64,000 bases of DNA from an uncultured Acidimicrobiia bacterium (lineage in GTDB: Bacteria > Actinomycetota > Acidimicrobiia > UBA2766). Below, in pieces: positions 9,677 to 19,269 of this stretch (position 1 is its first letter; each line of letters starts with the position of its first letter). The notes beneath the pieces are model-generated. The model searched no databases and had not been told where the DNA came from. It saw only the letters and a list, made by a program, of their open reading frames with translations. The DNA is taken from assembly GCA_964370965.1 (NCBI GenBank), contig CAYJLW010000013.1, forward strand, positions 5,696 to 69,695. Reading direction: 5' to 3'. The translations under genes were made by a program, and so were the position numbers.

Positions 9677-11272
9677 ATGCGTGACAGCTACGACGTGATC
9701 ATCGTGGGGGCGGGTCACAACGGCCTCACCCTCGGCTGCTACCTGGCGCGGGCCGGTCTCGACGTCCTGGTGCTGGAGCGCCGCCACGAGGAAGGCGGCG
9801 GCCTCTGCACAGAGGAGGTCACCCAGCCGGGGTTCCTGCACAACATCCACGCCAACTACCACACCTTCGTCGACCTGGCACCGCCCGTGAACGATCTCGA
9901 GGTGCGCGCGCACGGCGCCGAGTACGTGCGGCCCGAGGTGCAGATGGCGTCCCTCTACCCGGACGGCACGGCGCTCACCATCCACACCGACATGGACAAG
10001 ACGCAGGCGTCCATGGCCCGCTTCTCGGAACGGGACGCCGAGACCTTCGGCCGCCTCCACCGGGAGGCACACGGCTACATCGACCTCCTCCTGGGCACCC
10101 TCATGTACCAGCCGCCCATGTCGGTCAAGGAGCTCACCAAGGCGCTGGCGTCCTTCGGCGTCGAGGACCGCTCGGAGTTCCTGTCCGTGAAGCTCCGCCG
10201 CGAGTCGATCAACCAGTTCCTCGACCGCCACTTCGAGAGCGACAAGGTCAAAGCGCACCTCGCCTTCCACGGGGCCGTGTGCTCGTACACCAACGACGTC
10301 CCGGGCCTGGCGATCGGCTACCCGCTCCTGATCGGCAAGATCAGCAACTGGCACGTGTGCGTGGGCGGCTCGCACCGTCTCGCCCACGCCCTCTGGCGGG
10401 ACCTCGCCCAGCACGGCGGCACGATGGTGTCCTGTGCCGAGGTGTCCCGGATCCTCGTCGACGGCGGCCGTGCCGTCGGGGTGCGCCTCGCCGACGGCAC
10501 GGAGATCGCCGCCCGTCAGGCCGTCGCCTCCACGGTGTCGGTGGAGCAGACGTTCCTGGAGTTCCTCAACGCCTCGGCGACCTCGGAGGAGTTCACGCAG
10601 AAGGTCAAGACGGAGGTGCAGCACAAGGACTGGACGCTGTTCTCGGTGCACCTCGCCATGAACCGCTTCCCCGAGTACACGGCGGCGGCCTTCGACGAGG
10701 ACGTGAACCGGGCATGGGTCGTGAACCTGGGCTACGACAGCCTCGACGCCCTGAACGCCGACTGGGCCGCGATACGGGCGGGCGGCCTGCCCGAGCCGAG
10801 GCCCAACGCCGCGGTGAACAGCCTCTACGACCCCACCGACGCCCCCGCCGGATGCGCCACCGGACTCCTGCGCCAGTTCGCCCCCTTCGCCCTCGCCGAC
10901 GGCGGCGAGGGCGCCTGGGAGAAGGCGGGGCGCTGGTACGGCCAGCGTTGCATCGAGGCCTGGCGGGAGTACGCCCCGAACCTCACCGACGACGCCTTCG
11001 TCGAGTGGGCCGTGGACACCCCCCTCGACATCACCCGCAAGCTCCCCAACATGCCCCGGGGGGACTGGATGATGGGCGAGATCAGCCTGGACAACATGCT
11101 GGACGAGCGGCCCCTCCCGGAGCTCGGCCAGTACAAGACACCCGTGGAGCGCCTCTACATGGCGGGTTCCACGCAGCATCCCCACGGCTTCATAACGTTC
11201 GGCCCGGGCTACAACGCCCTCCAGGTGATCGCCGACGACCTCGGCGTCGACAAGTGGTGGCGCAAGATCTGA
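9677..11272 (+). CDS. CrtI/phytoene-desaturase-family FAD-dependent oxidoreductase (paralog A2)
   Basis: YDVIIVGAGHNGL...ERRHEEGGG; C-terminal AGSTQHPHGFITFGPGYNA. Confidence 0.85.
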   Translation: MRDSYDVIIVGAGHNGLTLGCYLARAGLDVLVLERRHEEGGGLCTEEVTQPGFLHNIHANYHTFVDLAPPVNDLEVRAHGAEYVRPEVQMASLYPDGTALTIHTDMDKTQASMARFSERDAETFGRLHREAHGYIDLLLGTLMYQPPMSVKELTKALASFGVEDRSEFLSVKLRRESINQFLDRHFESDKVKAHLAFHGAVCSYTNDVPGLAIGYPLLIGKISNWHVCVGGSHRLAHALWRDLAQHGGTMVSCAEVSRILVDGGRAVGVRLADGTEIAARQAVASTVSVEQTFLEFLNASATSEEFTQKVKTEVQHKDWTLFSVHLAMNRFPEYTAAAFDEDVNRAWVVNLGYDSLDALNADWAAIRAGGLPEPRPNAAVNSLYDPTDAPAGCATGLLRQFAPFALADGGEGAWEKAGRWYGQRCIEAWREYAPNLTDDAFVEWAVDTPLDITRKLPNMPRGDWMMGEISLDNMLDERPLPELGQYKTPVERLYMAGSTQHPHGFITFGPGYNALQVIADDLGVDKWWRKI

Positions 11273-11300
11273 CGGCTCCCCAGAACGGGGACGGAGAGAG

Positions 11301-11828
11301 ATGACGTCTGCAGCGACAACGGCCCCCACGGTCCGCCTGGACGCCGGTGAGGAGGCGTCCGGGCTCGCCATGATCCTCGGCGACCTCATCGAGTCGAACC
11401 TGCGGGACTTCCCCGGCCGACGCCGGGTGGCATCCACGTCCCGGGGCGAGATCGTCCTGTCCGCGTCCGACCGGGACGTCTCGGTGACCCTCTCCTTCCG
11501 GGGAGACGAGATCGTCATCTCCGAGGGCGCCCTCGACACGGCCCCGGCCCTGCGCGGAGCCTGGCTCGAGATGGCCGCCGTCTGCAGCGGCCGCCTGAAC
11601 CCCCTGCGGGCGATGGCCCAGGGCAAGCTCAGCGTCGCCCTGCGCCGCAGCCCCGCCCTCGTCGCCGCCACCGGCTTCGTCCTCTCTGTGCCCGAGTCGT
11701 TCTACGAGGACGACGCGGAGACCGCCGCCCGGCGTCGTCGCCAGGCCCTTGTCGTCGGTGCGGGTGTGGCCGCCGCCGCGACCGGCGTGGGAGTCGCCGT
11801 CTACGCCCGACGCCGGAGCTCCCCATGA
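11301..11828 (+). CDS. SCP2-domain protein with C-terminal membrane anchor
   Basis: MILGDLIESNL...RGAWLEMAAVCSGRLNPLRAMAQGKLSV is an SCP2-like fold signature. C-terminal VVGAGVAAAATGVGVAVY is a hydrophobic helix. RBS GGAGAGAG. Confidence 0.6.
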   Translation: MTSAATTAPTVRLDAGEEASGLAMILGDLIESNLRDFPGRRRVASTSRGEIVLSASDRDVSVTLSFRGDEIVISEGALDTAPALRGAWLEMAAVCSGRLNPLRAMAQGKLSVALRRSPALVAATGFVLSVPESFYEDDAETAARRRRQALVVGAGVAAAATGVGVAVYARRRSSP

Positions 11829-12766
11829 GCGCACCCTCCCTTGTCGTGCTCTGCGGGGGCCTCGGCGGCGCCCGCCTCGCCCTGGCGCTCCAGAGCGCCG
11901 GGGCCGCCGACGAGACCCTGTTCGTGACGAACGTCGCCGACGACGTCGAGGTGGGCGGACTCCTCGTCTGCCCCGACACCGACGCCGTCATCTACGCCCT
12001 CGCCGGCCGCTTCGACGAGGAGCGGGGCTGGGGCGTGCGGGGCGACGCCTTCCCGGGGGCCCGCCCCGGGGAACCCCCCTGGTTCAACCTGGGCAAGGCC
12101 GACCGCGCCCACCACGAACGGCGCCGGGAGCTCCTCGCCTCGGGCCTCACCCTGGGGGCGGCCACGCAGGTGCTCGCCGGGGACCTCCGGGTGCGGGCCG
12201 CGGTGCGTCCCGCCACAGACCAGCCCGTGCGCACCCGGGTCCGCACGGACACGGGCTGGCTGGGCTTCCAGGAGTGGCTCGTACGGGAACGCGCGCAACC
12301 CCCCGCCCGCGACGTCGTCTACGCCGGCATCGAGGCGGCGAAGCCAGACCCGGACACCCTCGACGCCCTCGGCGACGCCGATCTCGTCGTCCTCGCCGCC
12401 TCCAGCCCGGTGGCGTCGCTGCGGCCCACCCTCGCCCTGCGGGGTGTGCGCCGGGCCCTCACCCGTCGCCGCCGGCCCACGGTGGCGATCAGCCCGGTCA
12501 CCGGCCGACCCCTCGTCACCGACCGCGACCGACGCCGCTCCCAGGCCCGCGCCGCTCTCCTCGCGGCCGTGGGTGTCGCCCACGACCCCGCCGCCGTCGC
12601 CGGCCTCTACCGGGGCCTCGCCGACCGCTTCCTCCTCGACCCCGCCGACGCCCACGCCGCCCGGGCGGTCGCCGACCTCGGCCTCCAGCCCGTCGTCGCC
12701 CCCACCGTGGCCGAGACCATCTGGGAGCGGGCGAGGCTCGCCGACGTCCTCCTTTCGATGGCTTAG
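11825..12766 (+). CDS. cofD: 2-phospho-L-lactate transferase (F420 biosynthesis, CofD/FbiA)
   Basis: VVLCGGLGGARLALAL, NVADDVEVGGLLVCPDTDAVIYALAG, WFNLGKADRAHHERR, GFQEWLV and DADLVVLAASSPVASL match CofD/FbiA hallmark blocks. The start overlaps the SCP2-TM stop by 4 bp. Confidence 0.8.
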   Translation: MSAPSLVVLCGGLGGARLALALQSAGAADETLFVTNVADDVEVGGLLVCPDTDAVIYALAGRFDEERGWGVRGDAFPGARPGEPPWFNLGKADRAHHERRRELLASGLTLGAATQVLAGDLRVRAAVRPATDQPVRTRVRTDTGWLGFQEWLVRERAQPPARDVVYAGIEAAKPDPDTLDALGDADLVVLAASSPVASLRPTLALRGVRRALTRRRRPTVAISPVTGRPLVTDRDRRRSQARAALLAAVGVAHDPAAVAGLYRGLADRFLLDPADAHAARAVADLGLQPVVAPTVAETIWERARLADVLLSMA

Positions 12767-12822
12767 GAGGCCGGTGTTCGAGCCGCCGAGGTCGCAGGCC
12801 GCGCCAAGGCGGGAGCACGGTC

Positions 12823-13379
12823 CTACACAACCGTGGATCGACCGCCTGGCGGCTCCCCGATGCCGAAGCGCGACTCCGTGACCGACACGTACTCCCGGCC
12901 CAGGTCCAGGCGGGCCGAGCCGAGCTCGGGACGGTTGGGCGTGTCGGGGAACATCTGGGGCTCCAACGACACCGAGCCGTGACGACGGAACGGCGCGCCA
13001 AGCCCGTTGCCTGTGTACACCTGATCGGCGCTCACGTGCATCCAGCGGCCGCTGGCGGGTGCGTCCAGCACCGCGGCCAGGCGGACGGTCCCCGCTTCTC
13101 CGGCGATCTCGTAGCAGTGGTCGAGTCCCGGCCCCGACGCCTCGCGTATCGCCCGATCGAAGCGCCCAGATGCGGGTTGCGTCCGTGGTCCTCGTACGCC
13201 GCGAGATCCGGCAGGCTGAGGTGGACGTCGGCGAGCTCACCCGACCTGTCCGGTGCTTCCAGCGAACGGATGGCCGCCCCCAGGGCGAGCAACCGCAACC
13301 GCAGCACGGGGCTCTCCAGACACACCTGCTCGACAGCGTGGCCGTCCTCGGTCACCCCCATCTGCTCCGCGAGCGCCAT
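12823..13379 (-). pseudogene. aldose 1-epimerase (mutarotase) N-terminal fragment, frameshifted
   Basis: The first frame gives ...LPDLAAYEDHGRNPHLGASIGRYARR (the mutarotase LGASIGRYANRI block). It then runs out of frame and resumes in another frame (RHGSVSLEPQMFPDTPN). Only about 180 codons remain before the cofD end. Confidence 0.45.
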
Positions 13380-13382
13380 GGG

Positions 13383-14195
13383 TCAGAGCCCCGGGCTGGA
13401 CTGGACCAAACCGCCGTCGACCGTCACCGTCGTGGCTGTCAGGTACGAGGCCCCCGGACCGGCCAGGAAGGCGACCACCTCCGCGATCTCCTCGGGCTGG
13501 GCCATGCGCCCCAGCGGGATCGCCGCATCCAGTACCGCCATCTTCCCCGGGTCCGCCATCGTCGCCGCGTTGATCGGGGTCGCCACCGCTCCCGGTCCCA
13601 CCCCGACCACGTTGATGCCGTGCGACGCCAGTTCCACCCCGGCAGTGCGGGTGAGCATCCGCATGGCGCCCTTCGAGAGGCAGTAGGGCGCGTTGCCGGG
13701 CATCGGCCAGTCCTCGTGCACGGAGGACATGTTGACGATCCGTCCACCGTCGCCCTGCGCGATCATCTGGCGTGCGGCGACCTGCGTTCCGAAGAAGGCC
13801 GATCGCAGGTTCACCGCCAGCACCTTGTCGTACTCCTCCTCGGTGGTGTCGAGCACCGACGTCCGGGTCTCCATCCCTGCGTTGTTGACCCAGACGTCCA
13901 GCCGGCCCCATTGCGCCGTGGCGGCGTCGACCAGTGCCTGCAGGTCGGACACCTTGGTCACGTCCGCGTCGACGCCGATGGCGTGCTCGCCGAGTGCGGC
14001 GATCCAGCGCTCCAGGGTCTCGGTGGCCTCCGGGTGACTGACGTAGTCGATGACCACCTCCGCTCCACGGGCTGCGAGAGCGAGGACGACAGCCTTGCCG
14101 ATGCCGCTGTTGCCGCCGGTGACCACGGCCACCTTGCCCGCCAAAGGCTGTTCGGGGGGGGTGTCAACGGCGTCTGACGGGGTCGTGGCGTTCAT
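13383..14195 (-). CDS. SDR-family oxidoreductase (3-oxoacyl-ACP reductase / glucose dehydrogenase-like)
   Basis: TGGNSGIG cofactor motif, NNAG, catalytic S...YCLSK. Start is ATG at 14195 behind GGAGG. The long upstream ORF extension is an artefact. Confidence 0.85.
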   Translation of the reverse strand: MNATTPSDAVDTPPEQPLAGKVAVVTGGNSGIGKAVVLALAARGAEVVIDYVSHPEATETLERWIAALGEHAIGVDADVTKVSDLQALVDAATAQWGRLDVWVNNAGMETRTSVLDTTEEEYDKVLAVNLRSAFFGTQVAARQMIAQGDGGRIVNMSSVHEDWPMPGNAPYCLSKGAMRMLTRTAGVELASHGINVVGVGPGAVATPINAATMADPGKMAVLDAAIPLGRMAQPEEIAEVVAFLAGPGASYLTATTVTVDGGLVQSSPGL

Positions 14196-14281
14196 GAGCT
14201 CCTCCGTTCGTGTCGTTCGCGGCCGCATCGATGCCGGCCGCTGGATGGACCGAAGACGACCCTGCCGGTGGCGCCCACCGG

Positions 14282-15760
14282 TCAGCCGGCGGATGCGCCG
14301 GCGGGCTGACCCGCTCCTCGAGTCCGGTCGTCGGGCAGGTGCCAACCGAGCGGCGCGCCCAGGTCGTCCACCGACGCCGGACCCCAAGTGCCGGACTCGT
14401 AGGTCTCCACCGGCCGCGGCGCGGCCAACAGCGGAGCCGCGACCTCCCACAGGCGCTCGATGCCCTCGGCGGTGTTGAACAGCGTGCGGTCCCCCAGCAT
14501 GGTGTCGTGCAGCAGACGCTCGTAGGCCTTGAGCTCGGCCCCCGGGTCGAAGCTCTGCCGGTACACGAAGTCCAGGTGCGCCCCGCCCAGCCTCATCGTC
14601 GCTCCGGGTTCCTTCGACCGGAAGTTCACGCGGATGCCGCCGGGCTCGGCGATCTCGAACACGAGCTCGTCCGGCGCCCGGGCGCCCGCGGCGGGGAACA
14701 TGTGCATTGGGGGCTCGCGCAGCGTCAGGGTGATGGCGCGCCGGCTCTCGGGCATGCGCTTGCCGGTGCGCAGGAGGACCGGGACGCCGGCCCAGCGGTC
14801 GTTGTCGATGTGGGCCTCCACCGCGACGAGGGTCTCGGTGTCCGAGTCGTCGGCCACGTCGGGCAGGTCCCGGTACCCGGCGTACTGCCCCCGGACCACG
14901 CGGGCTGGGTCCAAGGGCTGGATGTCGTCGAAGACCGCCTGTCGCCCTGCCCCGAGCGCCTCGGCCGTAAAGGACGCCGGCGACTCCATGGCGAGGAAAC
15001 CGAGCACTTGGAACAGGTGGGTGACCACCATGTCGCGGAAGGCGCCCGTCTCCTCGTAGAACTTGGCGCGATCCTCCACGCCCAGCGTCTCTGGGACGTC
15101 GATCTCCACCCGGGCGACGTGCTCCTTGCACCACACCGGCTCGAACAGCCGGTTGGCGAAGCGCACGGCCAGGATGTTCTGCACGTCCTCCTTGCCCAGG
15201 AAGTGGTCGATCCGGAAGATCTGCTCCTCGGCGAACACACTGCGGAGCACCGCGTTGAGCGCCTTGGCGGAATCGACGTCGGTGCCGAACGGCTTCTCCA
15301 GCACGACCCTCGCCCGCTCGCCGTTGAGCCCCGCCGTCCCCAAGCCGCCGACGATGCCGGGAACGGCCACAGGCGGGATCGACAGATACAGCAACGAGCG
15401 CGCGGAGGGGCCGAGGGCCGTTTCGCCGGCGCCCACGGCGGCCGCCAGCGCCGACATGTCGGTGGCGTCGCTCGGCACGTACGACAGGCGTGACAGGTAC
15501 GTGTCCCTTTCGGGGCCGTGGGTGGGCACGCGACCGAACTCGTCGACCATGTCCGCGGCGTGGCTCCGGAACTCGTCGTCGGTGCCGGACTGGGGCGACG
15601 TGCCGATCAGGCGGAAGTCCGCGGGCATCAGCCCGGCGGAATGCAGGTGGAAGAACCCCGGCAGCAACTTGCGGGCGGCCAGGTCCCCGGTGGCGCCGAA
15701 GAGCACGATCACGTGAGGATCGGCCACGGCGGAGTTCGTCGGGGCGTCGGTGGGATCCAC
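14282..15760 (-). CDS. zwf: glucose-6-phosphate 1-dehydrogenase
   Basis: N-terminal LFGATGDLA NADP motif and the G6PD active-site signature DHFLGKE. Confidence 0.9.
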   Translation of the reverse strand: MDPTDAPTNSAVADPHVIVLFGATGDLAARKLLPGFFHLHSAGLMPADFRLIGTSPQSGTDDEFRSHAADMVDEFGRVPTHGPERDTYLSRLSYVPSDATDMSALAAAVGAGETALGPSARSLLYLSIPPVAVPGIVGGLGTAGLNGERARVVLEKPFGTDVDSAKALNAVLRSVFAEEQIFRIDHFLGKEDVQNILAVRFANRLFEPVWCKEHVARVEIDVPETLGVEDRAKFYEETGAFRDMVVTHLFQVLGFLAMESPASFTAEALGAGRQAVFDDIQPLDPARVVRGQYAGYRDLPDVADDSDTETLVAVEAHIDNDRWAGVPVLLRTGKRMPESRRAITLTLREPPMHMFPAAGARAPDELVFEIAEPGGIRVNFRSKEPGATMRLGGAHLDFVYRQSFDPGAELKAYERLLHDTMLGDRTLFNTAEGIERLWEVAAPLLAAPRPVETYESGTWGPASVDDLGAPLGWHLPDDRTRGAGQPAGASAG

Positions 15761-15894
15761 GTTGTCAGCCTCCTGGGCGGCGGTCGGTCGGTCGGGACGG
15801 ACGGCTCGGATCCGGCGCCACTGGCTTGGACGGCGGGCGCGACGGCGGCGGCGCTGCGGCCCCTTCGGCGGGAGCGCTCTTGTCGTCCTGGCGC

Positions 15895-16584
15895 TCAGGC
15901 GTCACGGCGTGCCTCCGCGGCAGGTCCTGCCGCGGCGGCGTCGGCCAGGACCAGCGATGCCGCCGCCTCCACCCGACCGGCGGGGATGGAGCGGTCACCG
16001 GCCAGGAGCGAGGCCAGCGGCGTGCGCTTCTCCTCGCCGGTGACGAGCCAGAGGAGTTGGCCGGCGCGGGCGAGGGCCGGAAAGGTGAGAGTCATCCGGT
16101 GCCGGCCCTGGTACGTGGCGCCGGTGGGGGCGACGAGCCGGTCGGCCACCTCCAGGACGGGGTCGCCGGGGACCAGGGACGCGGTGTGCCCGTCGGGGCC
16201 GAGGCCGAGGTGGACGAGGTCGAAGCGGTCGGGAAGCTCCGTACCGTAGCGGGATGAGGCCGCTGCCAGGTCTTCCTCCTCGACGGGCATCGGATGGACG
16301 TGGGCCGGCGCGTCGCCGAGCGCGGAGCGGAGGCGCGCCAGGTTGCGGTCCGGGTCGTCCGCCGGGGCCACGCGCTCGTCGACCTGGTAGACGTCGACCC
16401 GGTCCCACGCCACGTCGAGAGCGGCCAGGCGGGCGAACATGACCCACGGCGTCCGGCCGCCGCTCACGGCGAACGTGAACCGGCCGCGCTCGGCCACGCC
16501 GACCCGGACCCATTCGGCGACCAGGGCAGCAGCCGCGGTGGCGACGGCCTCGGCGTCGGACCGGACGACGAGCTCGTGGTCCAC
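15895..16584 (-). CDS. pgl: 6-phosphogluconolactonase
   Basis: LGLGPDGHTASL signature. GTG start at 16584 forms a GTGA overlap with the gnd stop. Confidence 0.8.
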   Translation of the reverse strand: MDHELVVRSDAEAVATAAAALVAEWVRVGVAERGRFTFAVSGGRTPWVMFARLAALDVAWDRVDVYQVDERVAPADDPDRNLARLRSALGDAPAHVHPMPVEEEDLAAASSRYGTELPDRFDLVHLGLGPDGHTASLVPGDPVLEVADRLVAPTGATYQGRHRMTLTFPALARAGQLLWLVTGEEKRTPLASLLAGDRSIPAGRVEAAASLVLADAAAAGPAAEARRDA

Positions 16585-16586
16585 GC

Positions 16587-17618
16587 TCAGGCCTGCTTCT
16601 CGGCGTGGCCGCCGAACTCGCCGCGCATGGCGGAGAGGACCTTGGCGGTGAACAGGCCGAGATCGCGGGACTCGAACCTCTCGTTGAGGGCGGCGCTGAT
16701 GACGGGAGCGGGGACGCCCTCCTCGATGCCGGCGACGACCGTCCAACGACCCTCACCGGAGTCCGACACGCGACCGGCGTACTCGTCGAGCTCGGGGGAG
16801 CGGGCCAGCGCATCGGCGGTGAGGTCCACGAGCCACGAGCCGACGACTGAGCCACGCCGCCACACCTCGGCGACCTCGGCGACGTCGATCTCGTACCGGT
16901 AGTACTGCGGGTCCCGCAACGGCGTGGTCTCGGCGTCCACCTCCTGCCGGCGGAGGCCGGCGTCGGCGCCCTTGATGATGGAGAGGCCTTCGGCGATGGC
17001 GGCCATCATCCCGTACTCGATCCCGTTGTGGACCATCTTCACGAAATGCCCGGCGCCGTTCGGCCCGCAGTGCAGGTATCCCTTCTGGGCCGTGCCGTCG
17101 GTGCGCGTGCGGCCCGGCGTCGGGTCCACGTCGCCCTCACCGGGAGCGATGGTCGTCCAGATCGGGTCCAGGTGCGCCACAGGGGCGTCCTCCCCGCCGA
17201 TCATCAGGCAGTAGCCGCGATCGAGGCCCCAGACGCCCCCGCTGGTCCCGCAGTCTACGTAGTGGATCCCCAGTTCCTTGAGCTGGGCGGCCCGGGCGAT
17301 GTCGTCGCGGTAGTACGAGTTGCCTCCGTCGACGACCACGTCGCCGGCGTCGAGCAACTCCGCGAGCTGGTCGACGGTGCCCTGCACGAACCCGGCCGGG
17401 ACCATGATCCACACCGCCCGGGGGGACTCCAGCTTCGACACGAAGTCGGCCAACGACTCGGCGCCGGTGGCGCCCGCGTCGGCCAGCGCCGCGACCGTCG
17501 GGGCGCTCACGTCGTAGACCACGCAACGGTGGCCGTCGGCCGTCAACCGGCGGACGATGCTCGCGCCCATGCGGCCCAGGCCGATCATGCCCAACTGCAT
17601 CGGGTTCTTGGTCGTCAT
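16587..17618 (-). CDS. gnd: 6-phosphogluconate dehydrogenase (decarboxylating), short form
   Basis: LGMIGLGRMGASIV Rossmann motif; CGTSGGVWG; GHFVKMVHNGIEYGMM signature; about 343 aa. Confidence 0.85.
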   Translation of the reverse strand: MTTKNPMQLGMIGLGRMGASIVRRLTADGHRCVVYDVSAPTVAALADAGATGAESLADFVSKLESPRAVWIMVPAGFVQGTVDQLAELLDAGDVVVDGGNSYYRDDIARAAQLKELGIHYVDCGTSGGVWGLDRGYCLMIGGEDAPVAHLDPIWTTIAPGEGDVDPTPGRTRTDGTAQKGYLHCGPNGAGHFVKMVHNGIEYGMMAAIAEGLSIIKGADAGLRRQEVDAETTPLRDPQYYRYEIDVAEVAEVWRRGSVVGSWLVDLTADALARSPELDEYAGRVSDSGEGRWTVVAGIEEGVPAPVISAALNERFESRDLGLFTAKVLSAMRGEFGGHAEKQA

Positions 17619-17630
17619 CGTGGTGCCTCC

Positions 17631-19269
17631 TCAGGCGTGCTTCAGGTGCCGGTAGGTGCGGATGAGCGCATTGGTGGACGAGTCGAAGTTCAGGTCGGGA
17701 TCGTCGGCGGCGGTGAGCTTGGGGATGATGGCCAGCGCCAGCACCTTGCCCAGCTCCACGCCCCACTGGTCGAAGGAGTCGACGTCCCAGATCGTGCCCT
17801 GGGTGAACACGCTGTGCTCGTACAGGGCGACGAGCGTACCCAGCCGGTACGGCGTGAGGACGTCGGCGAGGATGACGTTGGTGGGCCGGTTCCCCTCCAT
17901 CACGCGGTGGGGGACGACGTCCTCCGCGGTGCCTTCGGCCCGGACCTCGTCCTCGGTCTTGCCGAAGGCCAGCGCCTGGGCCTGGGCGAACACGTTCGAC
18001 GACAGGATGTCGTGGTGGTCGCCCAGCGGGTTGAGAGTCTTGGCGAACCCGATCAGGTCGCACGGGATCGTCGTCGTGCCCTGGTGGATCAGTTGGTAGA
18101 AGCTGTGCTGGCCGTTGGTGCCCGGCTCACCCCAGTACACGGCGCCGGTGTCGGCGGTGACATGCCCACCGGCCAGCGTGACGTGTTTGCCGTTCGACTC
18201 CATCGTGAGCTGCTGCAGGTAGGCCGGAAAGCGCTTGAGGTACTGCTCGTAGGGCAGCACCGCCACGGTCTGGGTGCCCAAGAAGTTGCGGTACCAGACC
18301 GCGAGCAGACCCATCAGCACCGGGAGGTTGGATTCGAAAGGAGCCGTGCGGAAGTGCTCGTCCATGTCGTGGAACCCGCTGAGCATCTCCCGGAACCGGT
18401 CAGGGCCCACCGCCAGCATCGTCGAGAGCCCGATCGCCGAGTCCATCGAATACCGGCCGCCGACCCAGTCCCAGAACCCGAACATGTTCGCCGTGTCGAT
18501 CCCGAACTCCCGCACCCGCCCGGCGTCGGTCGACACCGCCACGAAGTGCTTCGCCACCGCAGCGTCGTCGCCCAGCGCGGCGAGACACCACTCGCGTGCG
18601 GAGCGGGCGTTGGTCATCGTCTCGAGCGTCCCGAACGTCTTCGAGGCGATGACGAACAGGGTCTCGGCCGGATCCAGGTCACGGGTGGCCTCGACGAAGT
18701 CGGTCGAGTCCACGTTCGACACGAACCGGAACGTCATGTCCCGCTCCGCGTAGAACCGCAGCGCCTCGTACGCCATGACCGGCCCCAGGTCCGACCCGCC
18801 GATGCCGACGTTGACGACGTTGCGGATGCGCTTGGCGGTGTGTCCCACCCACTCGCCGGAGCGCACCCGCTCGGAGAAGGCCGCCATGGCGTCGAGCACG
18901 TCGTTGACCTCGGCCACCACGTCCACGCCGTCCACCACCAGCGACTCGCCCCTGGGCATCCGCAACGCCACGTGCAGCACCGAACGGTCCTCGCTCACGT
19001 TGATCCGGTCCCCCCGGAACATCGCATCGATGTGCTCGCGCAGGCCCGACTCCCGGGCCAGCTGCACCAGCAGCCCCATCGTCCGGTCCGTCACCCTGTT
19101 CTTCGAGTAGTCCAGGTACAGGCCGCATGCCTCGGCCGTGAGACGATCACCGCGCCCCGGATCCTCCGCGAACAGGTCCCGCAGGTGCCGGGACTCGATG
19201 TCGTCGCGGTGCGCGGCCAGTGCCGCCCAGGCCGGATGCTCGCTCAGGTGCACGCGGTAGCTCATCGTC
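17631..19269 (-). CDS. pgi: glucose-6-phosphate isomerase
   Basis: SIS-domain PGI blocks ([36 protein letters not shown]). ATG at 19269 behind GGAGG. Confidence 0.9.

Noticed and set aside
9206-11671. 821-aa minus-strand ORF antisense to crtI-like A2
   Set aside because: Arg/Gly-rich with no motifs. The sense-strand gene has strong family signatures.
11749-13686. 645-aa plus-strand and 479-aa minus-strand ORFs across the cofD/mutarotase region
   Set aside because: Pro/Arg-dominated high-GC frame artefacts. cofD in the 11825 frame has specific CofD blocks.
13383-15134. 583-aa extension of the SDR ORF
   Set aside because: Only the last 271 codons (from the ATG at 14195 with GGAGG) encode the SDR. 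The upstream part is antisense to zwf and Arg/Gly-rich.
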